Source: the human T2T-CHM13v2.0 reference genome, Homo sapiens
Assembly (NCBI RefSeq): GCF_009914755.1
Contig: NC_060928.1
Strand: one strand, 5' to 3'
Length of the DNA stretch: 64,000 nt
The notes below the pieces were generated by a model. That model saw only the letters and a program-made list of their open reading frames with translations, made no database searches and was not told the DNA's origin. Below, piece after piece: positions 12,501-25,992 of the stretch (the stretch's first letter is position 1; each line of letters begins with the position of its first letter). The position numbers were made by a program, and so were the translations under genes.

Positions 12501-13906
12501 CCCACAAGATACCTAAGAAAGAGATATATGTACAGAAAATGAAGCACAGTAAAATACCACTTCATTACTATCTGGAGATTTTCCCCAAACACAGAGAAAG
12601 CTCTACAGAGCTGAGCTTAAGGCAGAAGAACTCTGTTATTTACTTGGTCTAATGCCAAAACAGGCCAGAGACCCCTCTCACTTACTTCTCTTTAATCCCA
12701 AACCCATGTCTCAATTTGGTCTAAGAAAGAGCCGAACACCCAGGAGGCACCAGGGTAGAGAAAAGCAGCCAGCCAGAGAGTGGCCTCCATGCCAGGGGAG
12801 TGTGTCTGAGCTTTGTTTTATTTTTCTTATTTGTCTGTAGTTGTGTGATTGGTAGAAGAGAGTAGATATGAAGTCTACTGACACAGGATTGGTCTTCAGG
12901 CATGTCTTACCAAGCATAGGGGTTCCACAAATAAGAGAGCAATGATCAGACTTTCTTCTAAAAGGAGCAGCCACAAGCTACCTTAACTCTCCAACTTGCC
13001 CATAAATCTTCACCTACAGTTAGGAAGATTTCACCATTAGCTGTGGCCCATAAAAGATCCTTAAGCTTGACCAACCACAGAGGTCCATCTCCTTGAGGAG
13101 GAAGTGAAAGGGGTATGGACAGAAGCTGTGAGCTTTCTGTCCTCCACAGGCCCCCAGCTGTGTCTTCTACTTCTTGTACAAGATAGTCTCCAAATGATGT
13201 TTTCTGGCAGACAATGCCACAGAACTGATCCTTATCTCACTATGGAAATGAAAGATTTCAAAGAATTTGTTGCCTGAAATATGGTGCCCTAATCACATAT
13301 TAATAAAGCTGCTATCCAGGAAGAAGGCAGATTTCAAAAGAAAGGCTGTTAGCCTTCTCAGGGACCTAAAAAGTACATATTGTAGAACAATGGTAAATAG
13401 ATCTTGGAATCAGGTAGACTTTAATTCAAGCCCCAGCTATGCCAGTTATTAACTTATGTGACATTGGGAAAGGCTCTCAAATTTAGTTTTGCAAAATCAG
13501 AATAATATAGGTAGCCAACAAATAGGGTTTAATGGAGGTAATAATGAAGGTGATTAAGATGATAAAATTAAATAATGAATATAAAGTGCTTAGCATGTAA
13601 TAAATTTTATTGTATGATTTCAAAGCACATGCTTTACCTACAGTGCTATAAAGCTGCTTGCAATAGTCAAAGCTAATAGAAGCTCTAGTCAGAGCTAATA
13701 GAAGCCTTGTGTATGTAATTATTTAAGAATTCTGTAAATATACATAATAGGGTAGGAATGAGAAAATCTTTAGAGGAAATATTCAAATATGCTTGGTTTC
13801 TAGCAAATCCAGATAGACCGTTTTGGCAACAACCAAGTCATAATTTTAAGTCTTGTTATAGGAGCTAGAATTTTATTCAAGGGGCAACTGATTTGATTAG
13901 ATAAGA

Positions 13907-14255
13907 TGCTGTGGACTGCATGTTTGCATCAACAAATGCACATGTTGAAACTCTAACAATAGAATGGCATTAGAAGGAGGACCTTTGGGAAGTAATTTGG
14001 TTTTGATGAGGATGGAGTTCCCACGATGGGGTTAGCATCCTAATAAGAAGAGAAGGAGACTAGAGCCCTCTTCTCTCAGCCATGTGAAGATACAACAAGA
14101 ACACCTGCAAACCAGTAAGAAGGCCTTCACCAGACACTGGCTCTGCTGGCCCAGATTTTAATCTTTGATTTCTCAGAACTGTGAGAAACAAGTATGTGCT
14201 GTTTAAGCCACTCAGTCTACAGTTGTTTGTAACAGCAGCCTGAGCAGACAAAGAC
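13907..14255 (+). mobile_element. MLT1A/MST-type MaLR LTR
   Basis: tgctgtggactgcatgtttg...catgttgaaactctaac...gaactgtgagaaac...gtttaagccactcagtcta...cagcagcctgagcagacaaagaca. Confidence 0.8.
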
Positions 14256-15641
14256 ATAGGGTTCCTTTTATTTTCAGAATTCGGTTTAGCTGTAATCACC
14301 TACCATCCTGAAATGCTGTTTCCTCCTTCTGCCCTTGAAATATAAGCTCTGGGACTACAGCTTCATGGACAAATTCTGAAGAATTTGTCTCTGCTCCTGT
14401 GGGATGCTAACCTAACCAATCAAGGAATGTTTGCTCAATGGAATGAAACATCTTAATGCAGCTTGCCAGCCAATATCTGCAGAGCACACCTCATGGGTTC
14501 TGGCTGGCTTGGATTTCTGAGACTACTTCATCCTACCCATCAGACTGTGGACTCAGATTCAGCCAGAAGACCTGATTCTAGCGTCAGTTTTGCCTTTGGG
14601 ATATAAATGCATGCCCTGCTTCACTGAACATGAAACCCTGAATATTTGGCCATTACTCTGGCAATTGCCCTCCCTCCCTGTGCCAATTGCCAGTCAACCC
14701 AACTCCCAGGCAGCCTTGGCAGTTATGTCTGCTCGGCCTGCTGTAGCAGCCAATGACTTAGTAAAAGTCAGAACATAGATCTGCTAGCTCCCAGTCCAGG
14801 ATTTCCCCTTAACTCATCCATGTATATATTAAACAACTAGGCTTGCTTTTAAATTCTTTTTCATTTAGCCTCTTCTTAGAACTGATCATTTTGAGAATCC
14901 TGACCTGCCAATATTCCATAATCTTTCTAAAAGTGACACAGCAAATACGACGCATGCACAGTGCTAACTGCAGCTGATTTCATTTTTCCATCATCTATAA
15001 AGCACATAAGGTAATTTCTAAACCAGCAGTAAAATCTATTTATAAAGAATGCTGATTTGTTTTCTGCACTTTCCAACACAGAGCTTCAATTTATTTCCTT
15101 ACCATAAAAAAACCATTACTTTTTAAAACAATCATAGTTAGTATATTTTATAAATGTTTTAATTTTTGTAAAGTCCAACTTGCAAATTGGAGTGTAAATA
15201 GCTTTCTTAAAATGGAAGGAACCGTGTTAGACCCAGTATGCTGACTGATGATTTCACTGTGCTTCAAAGCAGACGATTTCACAGTCATTCGGTAATGAGT
15301 TTTTATAAAGCAATTGATATCACTAAAAATATAATTATAATAAATAAAATTATAGGAAAAAGGAAATCTTCATTCAGACAATGCCAAATTTTTTAACTCA
15401 TTGCTAAAAGATTATGTTTGTACATGAAAAATTTTACACATTCTTTCTATGAGATAAACCTGATAACACCTTGAAAACTTAATAGTTATGGAAAAGGAAC
15501 TACTGTGATATTTTTTAGAGAATGTCGTGTTCTTGATGTTCTTGAGTGAGCTGTCTCATGTTATTAGAAGGGAAACAGCACCACCTTGTGGGGAAACAAC
15601 ACCGCCTTGTGGACAAACAAAGAAAGTGAATGAAATTTTAG

Positions 15642-15918
15642 GGCCGGGTGCTTAATCCCAGCACTTTTGGGAGACCTGGGAGGAGGGTAACTTGAGCCCA
15701 AGAGTTCAAGACCAGCCTGGGCAACACAGTGACACACCCATCTTTACCAAAAATTTGAAAAATTCGCTGGGCTTGGTGGCTCATACCTCAGGTCCCAGCT
15801 ACTTGGAAGGCTGAGGTGGGAGGATCGCTTAAGCCCTGGAGGTCAAGGCTGCAGTGAGTGTGATCATACCACTGCATTCCAGCCTGGGTGACACGGCAAG
15901 ACCCTAGCTCAAAAAAAT
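15642..15918 (+). mobile_element. AluJ
   Basis: ggccgggtgc...aatcccagcacttt...gaccagcctgggcaacacagtg...gaggtcaaggctgcagtgag...A-tail. Confidence 0.9.
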
Positions 15919-15980
15919 TATGTTTATGTAGCACTTCCTACAAGGAATATAGTATCTTGTTTGTATTTAAATGACATCGG

Positions 15981-16270
15981 GACCAGCATGGTGGCTTACA
16001 GCTGTAATCTCAGCTCTTCAGAAGGCAGAAGGCAGGAGGATCACTTGAGGCCAGGAGTTGGAAGACCAGCCTGGGCAGCATAATGAAATAATAATAATAG
16101 TAATAAAAAGCTAGGCGTGCTGGCACACACCTGCAGACCTAGCTACTGTGGAGGCTGAGTGGCAGGATCGCTTTGAGACCAGGAGTTTGATTGTATTGCG
16201 TATTGTGAGCTACGATCGAGCCACTCCAGTCCAGACAACACGGCAAGACCCAGTCTCTAAACAAAATAAA
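15981..16270 (+). mobile_element. Old AluJ
   Basis: catggtggcttacagctgtaatctcagc...aggatcacttgaggccaggagtt...gcaagacccagtctctaaacaaaataaa. Confidence 0.85.
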
Positions 16271-16629
16271 GGGACATCAGAGCATTGCTTACAGAGATTT
16301 ATAAATGATCCCAAAATGTCTTCAGGGAGATAAATTATCTAAATATAGCTACATCGACTCTTCCTAAATTCCAAATTTGGGTGGAAAAAATAAATGAGAT
16401 AGAAGACTTCTTGAAATGTATCAAGACTCAGGAAGACAAAACAAAAACTTTCATTAGGCAGCTAAAGAGGAAATCCCAGCGACAAGAAGCCAAAGGAAAG
16501 GGAAAAGAAATGACAACAATGACCATACTTTCTACACATCCAACCTCTTCTCTACCACCACTCAGCAAGACCTCCCACAGCCAATCACTGCTTTCTCTTG
16601 CGGACTTACCCTCTACTCTGTGAACACAT

Positions 16630-17093
16630 GAGCCAGAGAACCCTGAGAAGTCCCTGGGTCCCTTCCAGGGGCTCTGCAAGGTCAAAACTCTTTTCATAAA
16701 AATACACAGGTTTTGTTGACCTTTTCCACTTTCATTCTCTCACAAGTATAATTGGAGTTTCCCAGAGGCTACCTGACGTGGGATGTCACAAGAAATTAAA
16801 TGTAGAAGCAGAAAGGAGAACGAAGTTTTCTTCTATTAAACCAGACATTAAAGACATACTTAAAAATATAAAACAATGTCAATGTTCTCACCAACTTTAC
16901 TGTTTAAAAATCATAACTTTAAATAAAAATGTGATTTATGTAAACATATAAGTATTTTTTTAATTTCTCAGCTTTAATGTTTAATATGATAAATATAGAT
17001 AGATATAATCCAAGTAAATAAAAGCTCTTTGGGGTCCTCAATAACTTTTAAATGTAAAGTGGTCCTGAAACCAAAAATTTGAGGACAGATGCT
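16630..17093 (+). mobile_element. hAT-Charlie relic (MER119-like)
   Basis: cccttccaggggctctgcaaggtcaaaactcttttcata...aaaagctctttggggtcctcaataa...ggtcctgaaaccaaaaatttgag. Confidence 0.65.
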
Positions 17094-17944
17094 CTAAAGC
17101 TCATACTCTCTGATGTAGCTTCCACCCAGGTCATTTCTTAAATACTTGATCAATCATTTCCCATGTCCCTCACCCTATCCTTGTTGCAAAATTCCATTTT
17201 CCTACTCTAGCCCTCCCTGTCATGAGAAAGTTCCCAGGTTGTAGACATTATTTACTAAATATTTCTTAACAGCTTTATGATGATAACATGACATATAAAA
17301 ATTGTGTAAATTTAAGGTAACTTAATGTTTTGATATTTTATACTTCTTGAAATGATCACCACAATCAAGCAAATTAGCATATTTATTATCTCTACATATT
17401 TACCATTGTGTGTGTTGACAGTAATTAATTTATGATCTAGTCCTTTAGCAGAACACAAGAATATGACACAGTGTTGTTCCATGTTGTACATTATATCTCC
17501 AGAAATTATTATAACTTGAACTTTGTACAATTTAACCAACATCACCCCGTTTCCCCTCCCTGAGCCCCTGGTAACCACTGTCCTATTCTCTGTTTTTATG
17601 AATTTGACTGTTGTAGATTCCTCATGTAAGTGAGATCATGAAGTATTTTTCTCTGTGTCTTGCATTTTTGCTTGGTGCAATATCTTCCAGCTCCATCCAT
17701 GTTTTCACAAATAGAAGGATTTCCTTCTTTTTTAAGGTTGGATAATATTTCATTTTATATATACATGCCACATTTTCTTTACCCATTCATCTGTTCCTCT
17801 GCCAAAGGACATTTAGGTTATTTTCATATTTTGGTCATTGTGTGTCATGCTGCAATGAACAGGGGATGACAGACACCTCTCTAAGACTCTTATGTCAATT
17901 TCATTGGACATATATCCAGAAGTGAAATTATTGGATTGTGGCAG

Positions 17945-18230
17945 TTCTTTTTTTTATTTTTGAAATGGGGTCTCACTCTGTCATCCAGGGTAAAGTCCAG
18001 TGGCAAGATCATAGCTCACTGCAGCCTTGAACTCCTGGGCTCAAGGGATCCTCCTACCTCAGCCTCCCAAGTAGCTGGGACTACAGGTGTACAACACCAT
18101 GTCTGGCTAATTTTAAATTTTTTCAGAGATGGGGTCTTGCTATGTTACCCAGGCTGGTCTGGAGCTCCTGGACTCCTGCCTTAGCTTCCCCAAATCCTGG
18201 GGTTACAGGTGTGAGCCACCACACCAGGCC
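17945..18230 (-). mobile_element. AluJ inside the L1
   Basis: gatcatagctcactgcagccttgaactcctgggctcaag...gagccaccacaccaggcc. Confidence 0.9.
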
Positions 18231-19518
18231 AGTGCTAGTTTCAATTTTCTTTGGAGGAACCTCAATACTGTTTTCTGTGTTTTACTAATTTGCATTCCCA
18301 TCAATAGTGTATAAGGGTTTCCTTTTCTCCACATTCTCACCAACACTTATCTTTGGCCTTTTTGATAATAGCCATTTTGACAGGTGTGACCTGATATCTC
18401 ATTGTGGTTTTGATTTGCATTTCTCTGAAGTTTAGAGATGTTGAGCACATTTTCATATACCTGTTAGCCATTTGAATTCCTTCTTTTGAGATATATTTAT
18501 TTAGATTCTTTGCCTTAAAATAAAATTAGGTTATTTGTAATTTTGGAATTGATGTGTATGTGTCCTTATTTTTTGAACTCCTTATAAGAGATATGGTTTA
18601 CAAACTTTTTCCCCATTTCATAGGTTGCCTTATCATTTCATTAGTTGTTTTCTTTGCTGTGCAGAAGCTTTTTAGTTTGATGTAATTCATTTACCTATTT
18701 TGCCTTTGTTGCCTGTGCTTTTGGCATCATATCTAAACAAATTATTGCCAAGACCAATGTCAAGAATGTTTTCTCCTGTCTTCTTCTAGGAGTTTTATGG
18801 TTTCAGGTATTGCATTTAAATGTTTAATCCATTTTGAGTTAATTTTTATGTATGATGTGAGCTAGGGATCCGATTTCATTGTTTTGCATGTGGACATCCA
18901 GCTTTCCTAACACCATTTGTTCAAGAGCATATCCTCCCCCTATTGTGTCTCCTTGTCACCCTCCAGGGTGATCAATTGCTGCAAATGTGTGGGTTATACC
19001 TAGGTTCTCTATTTTGTTCCACTGGTTTATGTGTCTGTTTTTATGCCAGTACCACAGTGTTTTCCTTTCTACAGCTTTGTAATTTAATTTGAAGTCAGGA
19101 AGTGTGATACCTGTAGCTTTGTTCTTGCTCAAAATTGCTTTGGCTACTCAGGGTTTTTTGTGATTCTATATGAATTTTAGGATTATTTTTTCTATTTCTG
19201 CGAGAGACACCATTGGGATTTTGATATGGATTACATTAAATGTGTAGATTGCTTTGAGTAATATGGACACTTTAATAATACAGTACTCACTCTTTCAATC
19301 CATGGGTTGTCTTTCAATTTACTTCAAATTTCCATCATCAATCTTTTGTAATTTGTAGTGTTTAAGTCTTTCACTTCTTTGGTTAGTTAATTCCAAAGTA
19401 GTTTATTTGATATTGTTTTTTAAATTTCCCTTTCAGACAATTCATTGTTAGTGTTTAGAAATAGCAATGATTTTTGTATGTCTATTGTATATCCTACAAC
19501 TTTAATAAATTTATTATA

Positions 19519-19742
19519 TAGTCAGTCCTTCATATTCATGGGTTCTGCAACCATGAACTCAACCAACCATGAACCAAACTTGTACATATTTTCCATCTGT
19601 GGTGGTTTGAATCCACAGATGTGGACCCATGGATACACAGGGCCAACTGTACATGATTTTACATGAGGGAGTTGATCATCACAGATTTTGTTATCTGAGG
19701 GGGTCCTGAAACAAATCCCTGGCAGATATGAAAGACTGACTG
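19519..19742. mobile_element. TcMar-Tigger MITE (MER2/MER8/Tigger3-like) inside the L1
   Basis: Inverted ends agtcagtccttcatat... and ...atatgaaagactgactg, flanked by TA; gggggtcctgaaacaaatccc motif. Confidence 0.8.
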
Positions 19743-22700
19743 TATTATTTCTAACCAATTATTTCTAACCATTTTCTGTGGAGTCTTTAGAGTTTTCAAT
19801 GTATAATAATCATGTCTTCTGTTAACAGAGATAACTACATCTTTCCTTTCAATTTTGATGCCTTTTATTTCTCTTGCCTGATTTCTCTGGCTAGGACTTC
19901 CAGTACTATGTTGAATAGGAGTGGTGAGAGTAGGCATCCTTGTCTTGTTCCAGATATTAAAGAAAAAGCTTTCATTTTTCCCCATTGATTATTATATTAG
20001 ATACAGGTTTTTCATATACAGCCTTTATAGTGTTGAGGTAAGTTTCTTCTATACCTATTTTGTTGAGAGTTTTATCATGAAAGTATGTTGAATTTTGTCA
20101 AATGTGTTTTCTGCATCTATTGGAATGTTATTTTTGTCTTTCATTCTGTTAATGTGGTATATCACATTATTAATTTTTACACATTGAACCATCCTTGCAT
20201 CCCATAGATAAATTCCAATTAGTAGTTTATTGAGAATTTTTGCATCTATATTCATTAAGGATACTGGTCTGTAATTATTTTTTCTTGTGTTGTTTTCATC
20301 TAGCTTTTAAGTCATGGTAACATTGGCCTCATGAAATGAGTTTGGGAGTATTCTCTCTTCTATTTTTTCTAAAGAGCTTAAGAAGTTTTGGTGTTAGTTC
20401 TTCTTTGACTGTTTGGTAGAAGTTGCCCATGAAAGCATCTGCACCTGGGCTTTTCTTTGTTGGGAAATTTTTTATTACTGATTGAATCTCTTTGCTTGCT
20501 TTTGGTCTGTTCTATTTCTTTTTTGTTCCAACTTGGTAGATTGCATCTTTCTAAGAATTTATCCATTTCTTCTAGGTTATCCAATTTATTGGCATATAAT
20601 TGCTTAATTGTCCTTTATAATCATTTGTATTCCTGTACATTTGTTATAATGTCTCCATTTTCATTTCTGATTATATTTACTTGAGTCTCTCTTTTTTTCT
20701 TAATGTAGCTAGGGGTTTGTTATTTTTGTTTTTATTTCCAAAAATACAACTCTAGCTTTGTTGATTTTTATATTGTTTTTTATTTTAAAGTTATTTTATT
20801 TATATTCTAATCTTTATTATTTACTTCATTATGCTAACTTTGGGCTTAGTTAGTTCTTCTTTTTCTAACTGTTTATTTGTAAAGTTAGGTTGTTCAATTG
20901 AGATCTTTCTTATTTTTTAATGTAGGTGTTTATCACTATAACATTTCCCTCTTAGCACTTCTTTTGCTGCATCCTGTAAGTTTTGTTGAGTTGTATGTTC
21001 ATTTTTGTTTGTCTCAAGATACTTTTAAAATTCCCTTTTGATTTCTCCTTTTACCCAATGGTTGTTCAAGAGTGTGTTGTTTAGTTTCTGCATTTTTGTA
21101 AATGTTTCTGTTTTCTTTGTTATTGATTTCTAATTTTATTCCATTGTGGTCTGAGAAGATACTTGGCATTATATCAAACTTCTTAAATTTGTAGGATGCC
21201 TTGTGACCTAAGATTTGATCTATCTCAGAGAATGTTCTGTGTGCACTTGAGAAGAATGTATATTCTGATGCTGTTGGATGGAAAGTTCTGTATATGTCAG
21301 TGTTTAATGTACCATGTTGTTCAAGTCAGCTGTTTCCTCTTTTTTTTCTTTTTTTTCCTGCCTAGATGTTCTATCCATTATTGCATTTGGGGTACTGAAG
21401 TTAGCTACTATTCTTTTATTGTTACTGATTTCTCCCCTTAGCTTTGTTGATATTAACTTTATATATTTAGGTGTTCTAATGTTGGGTGGATACATAATCT
21501 TCCTGTTGAAGCGAACTTTTATCATTACATAATGACCTTCTTAGTCTCTAGTGACAGTTTTTGATTTCAAGTCTATTTTTTCTGATCTAAGTATAGATAC
21601 CCTTGCTCCTTTTTGGTTACCATTTGTGTAGAGTGTCTGTTCCCATCCCTTCACTTTGAGCCTCTATGTATCTTTATATCTAAAGTGACTCCCTTATAAA
21701 TATGTACTGATGAGTATCTTTTATGCATTGTGCCACTCTATGTCTTTTAATTAGATAGTTTAATCCTTTCACATTTAAAGTCATTGTTGATAGGTAAGGA
21801 GTAACTTGCATTTTGTTAATTGTTTTTCATATGTTTTGCAGTTCTTTTTTTTTTCCTCTCTTGCTGTCTTCTTATGTTTGGTTATTTCTTGTAGTGGTTT
21901 GGTTTCTTTTCTTCTTCTTCACATTTTGTGTATCTCCTATAAGTTTTTAATTTGTGGTTGCAAATTAACATCTTCTATTAAAAGCTGTCTTAATGTTATC
22001 AGCTTTTTTGGAATCATTTTCTTTCTCTTCCCTCTTCAGACATATTTGCAAATAGTCTGTTTTTCAAGACACGAGTAAATAGGGCTCTGGTTAGAAATTT
22101 ATCAATATGGAAAAAAAAAGATCCTCTGAGTCTTTTGATAAGTTAGAAAATAATGATAGACTGTGGCAGAATGTCATGTATTTCAAGTATTTCATCTGTG
22201 TTACTCTGCAATATATTTTCTGTGTGCATTTGTCAATGTTATATATTTATAAGGTAAATCCATAAAGCATACATTCTAGAATCTCCTAACTTAGGTCCTT
22301 AAGAGATATGCTCCTTATAACCTTCTTGGCACTCTTGAAGTGTTAAATATTTCCATTGAAGAAGGTTGCATATGGTTTCTGAGATGAAGTCTAGACAGGT
22401 TACGATTATTTTTTGTTCCTTTTGCCCACACAGCACCCACTGTCCCCTCCCTTTGTTATTAGCCTTTATCTGATACCCTAGATGAAGCCACCTTCTGTCC
22501 TTCAGTTTTGGCGTGGGGGCTGATTTCACCCCCAGTTTCAGGAATAAGCACAGGACAGCTACTAACAAGTATGTTGTTCACTCAAGGAAGAAACCCAGCT
22601 AAGGGAGAAAGGGGGGCTGAAATCCGGCCTACATGCTCTTCTCCAAGCCACATGCCCCGATACAGGGCTGCATCTAACTGCAGAAAGGGTAGCCATTTTC

Positions 22701-22789
22701 TAATACTTGCAAAGGCACTGTGTGGACAGTGCAAACTCTGTATGAGCTCATGACACAGGCCTGGCCAATAAATATACTTCTAATCCTGG

Positions 22790-23160
22790 CACAGATCAGA
22801 CTAGAGACGGACATGAAATCCAAGCGTCACACCCAAAGTCAATCTCTAGTCTCTTATTGAGACTATTAGAAGTGTTTCTGTGTTTGCTTTATTCTGGGGC
22901 TGTGGAACTAAGGAAGTGTAAACTGGAGGAGTGATGATGGCCACATTGCAGAACAAAGGGAAAACTTGTCTGAGAATAAAGTCAATGGGGAAGAAAAAAG
23001 CAAGAAAGCTGAGAAGAGCTAAGTCCTGAGTCCCTACGTTCAGCCATTCTGAAGCTACACCCTGGATTTTTCCATTATACGAGTCCACAAATTAATATTT
23101 TTTTTTTGGCTTAGACCAGTTTGAGTTTGAATTCTATTATTTATAACCAAAGGAGTCCTA
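22790..23160 (+). mobile_element. Ancient MLT1-type LTR fragment
   Basis: cagccattctgaagctacaccctggattttccattatacgagtc...ttagaccagtttgagtttgga...ataaccaaaggagtcct. Confidence 0.55.
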
Positions 23161-24626
23161 CCATATTATCATAGCTGGATTTTCATAAACACGGTATATG
23201 TTGATCAACAAACTTCCTAGATGTTTCAAGTTCACTCCGAAGAGTGAGGGGAAAAAGAAAAGAAGGGAAGAAAATGGTTACTTATCATCCACAGTAGTCA
23301 AGGAAGCTACAGAAGCATCAAGCAAAAGCAGCGGAAGTTAGCTTTGTACTCCCACAAACCCTGCTCTGAAGTACTCCGCCTAGTGGCCCACAGCAGAAGC
23401 TGCATTTCTAAAATCTTTAAAAAGATAGAACAGGAATCACCACTTACCCTGGGAACCCTAATAGGTGAGCAGGCCACATGGGAATATGTCCCATTGGTTT
23501 GAGGTAGATAAGTCCATTTTCAAAGCGGTAGTAATTCCGGAAACAAGAACATATTAATTTTACTTTGATCACACAATGCCTAGTTATATTAAAAGTAAAG
23601 AGACATTCAATAAATACCTTTTATGGAAATAAAAACAGACAATTTAGGAGAGAATTAACTATCAATGCGTTATTTTCAAAGGTAAAGAAAAAAGAAATTA
23701 TTCTGAATGCACAAAACTATTTTATCAAATATCATGGTAAATTATCATTATATACTAGGTCACTTAATAAATTTCCAGAGATGATTGTAAACAGTTTCCA
23801 CAATAGATTTTGTTTCACCCCAGGAAGTTTCACAAAAAGTTAGTTACTTATCTCCATTGTTACTAGTGCCAACTAATCCTATCATTCTGAGTCAAATTAA
23901 AAATAACATCCACACTTTTCTCCAGTGAGATCACAGGAGATGCCTAAGTGGAGTGTGTTTTAATGTGAGGGGATAATTGGTTTATATTTTTCACTGACAA
24001 TAACAAATAAATTCTAGACAACTTAAGCAAAATAGGAATTCAATGAAAGGATACTGAATAGTTCACAAAATCACTGAAGATGCTGGAGAAGCAAGGTAAG
24101 AGCTGAGGGAAACTTGGCACAGCCAAGTTCATCCTACGGAAGCAGATCTTGGGATGCCACAACTAGGATGTTGCCATTTGACACTCATCACCATGTAGCT
24201 GGGCTCTGCTGAACTTAGGCACTTCCTGCCACATTCCTGGACCTGCATCTCTGCTCAGTTGCTCAGAATCATCTCTGATTCTTTCAGGTCTTTTGCATCA
24301 TTTCGTCGGGTTCCAAGTTCTAATAAAGAGACATCCATTGGCTGGGCCTAGATATGTGCCCACACTTGAGTGGCCAAGAAACTGGAAAAAGGATCATGCA
24401 CTCCCTTTCAGCTTTTGTAATGGAAGGTGGGGCCTGTCCTCATACTTTGCTTGGGGTTCAAAAAACTAGGAAGGGTGTTTTGTTGAAATGAAACCCAAAA
24501 CTATAGCTATCCATTTATAGCACCTTATTAGTACAGGAAAAAACCATGAGACAAAATGTATAAAAGTGCATGGGAGGTCTAAACATATGAGGGGGTTTCT
24601 GAGGAGAGGAAGATCATACTTGATTG

Positions 24627-25015
24627 GTGCTGTGGTTTCACTGTGCCTCCTCCGAGATTCAGCGTTGACAATGTGATAGTGTTGAGGTGGAGCCTACAGG
24701 AAGTGATTAGGCCATCAGGACTCCTACCTCAGGAATGGGTTTAGGAGCCCTCATGAAAGGGCTTCATGGAGGGAGTTCATTCCTCTTGCCCTCCCACCTT
24801 CCACCATGTGAGGACACAGTGTTCCTTGACTCTGGAGGATGCAGCATAAAGACACCATCTTGAAAGGAGAGAACAGCCCTTACCAAACATCAGACCTGCC
24901 AGCACCTTGATCTTGGACTTCCTAGTCTCCAGAACTGTGAGAGATAAATGTCTGGTTTTCATAAATTGCCTAGTCTCTGTTATTTCACTATAAGAGCATA
25001 AATTGACTAAGACAA
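24627..25015 (+). mobile_element. MST-type MaLR solo LTR
   Basis: tgctgtggtttc...gaggtggagcc...gtgattaggccat...gcaccttgatcttggacttcc...ctccagaactgtgagagataaat...gactaagaca. Confidence 0.85.
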
Positions 25016-25339
25016 CTGGGGATTAGAAAAAGTAATATGAAGCGGCATTTGAGAAGGGCTTGATAGATAAGATCTCTACAAATAGAAATAGAGAGATGGT
25101 TTCACATCACCCAGGTGAAGGGAATAACATAGCCATGTTCAGTCTGAATGCAAAATGGAGATGGTAAAAAAAGTACATAGGATTCCACCACCAGTGGGAG
25201 GACAGAATTGCAATGTGGCAGCAATCTGTAAATTAAAATATTTATCACTCATTCCCATTTATTTAGAGTCTAATGTGTTCTAGGCTCTGAAATTAAGCAA
25301 AGAAAATCTAGATATGAGTAAGTCCAAGACTTTGCCTTT

Positions 25340-25875
25340 GTGACAGTCAAAATAATGACCCCATAAAGATGTTCTAGTCCCTGGAATCTGTGACCATATT
25401 ACTTTACATGGGGCAAAATGGATTCTGTAGATGTGATTAATCCTTGAGTTAGGGGGATTATCCTTGATTATCTTGGGGGCCAATCTAATTGCATGTGTCT
25501 ATAAAATCAGAGAATCTTTCCTAGCTGCAGTCAGAAGGTGACATGACCACAGAATATAAAATCAGAGAATCTTTCCTAGCTGCAGTCAGAAGGTGACATG
25601 ACCACAGAACAATGGTCACAGATATCCCACATTACTGGCTTTGAAGATAGAGGGATGGTCCTATGATCCAAGGAATGGGGACAGCATCTACAAGTTGGAA
25701 AAGGAAATGGATTCTCTCTAGAGCCTCCAGAAAGCAATACAGCCCTGACAATACCTTGAGTTAAGCCCAGTAAGACCACGGTCAGAGGTTTGCCCTACAG
25801 AACTATAGGGTCGTAAGTCTTTGATTTAAGCCACAAAGTTGTGGTAATTTGTTATGGCAGCAATAGAAAATTGAT
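25340..25875 (+). mobile_element. MLT1D/E-type LTR containing a perfect 55 bp tandem duplication
   Basis: aaataatgacccc...aaagatgt...gtgattaa...gattatccttgattatc...ttctctctagagcctccagaaag...gtggtaatttgttatggcagcaatagaaaa. Confidence 0.8.
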
Positions 25876-25992
25876 TTTAAGGAGTTTATTGTTTGGAAGA
25901 TAGGCAGACCAGAAAATCCAAATTATAATATAATTCGATTAAAACCTATGGAGATTTGGGCTAGGTGTTTTAGAAAAGAACTGAGTATTAAC

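Larger units (their letters stand above)
17260..21960 (-). mobile_element. L1MA-type LINE-1, 3' UTR and decayed ORF2
   Basis: Minus-strand ORF2 peptides MNIDAKILNKLL...[14 protein letters not shown] (20055-20255), MDNLEEMDKFLE (20378-20584) and endonuclease-like YPPNIRTPKYIK (21304-21525); L1 3' end near 17270. Confidence 0.92.

Noticed and set aside
23282-23540. Minus-strand exon-like segment with strong donor CAGG|gtaagt near 23447
   Set aside because: The expected acceptor reads GG rather than AG, and the next acceptor gives an intron under 40 nt
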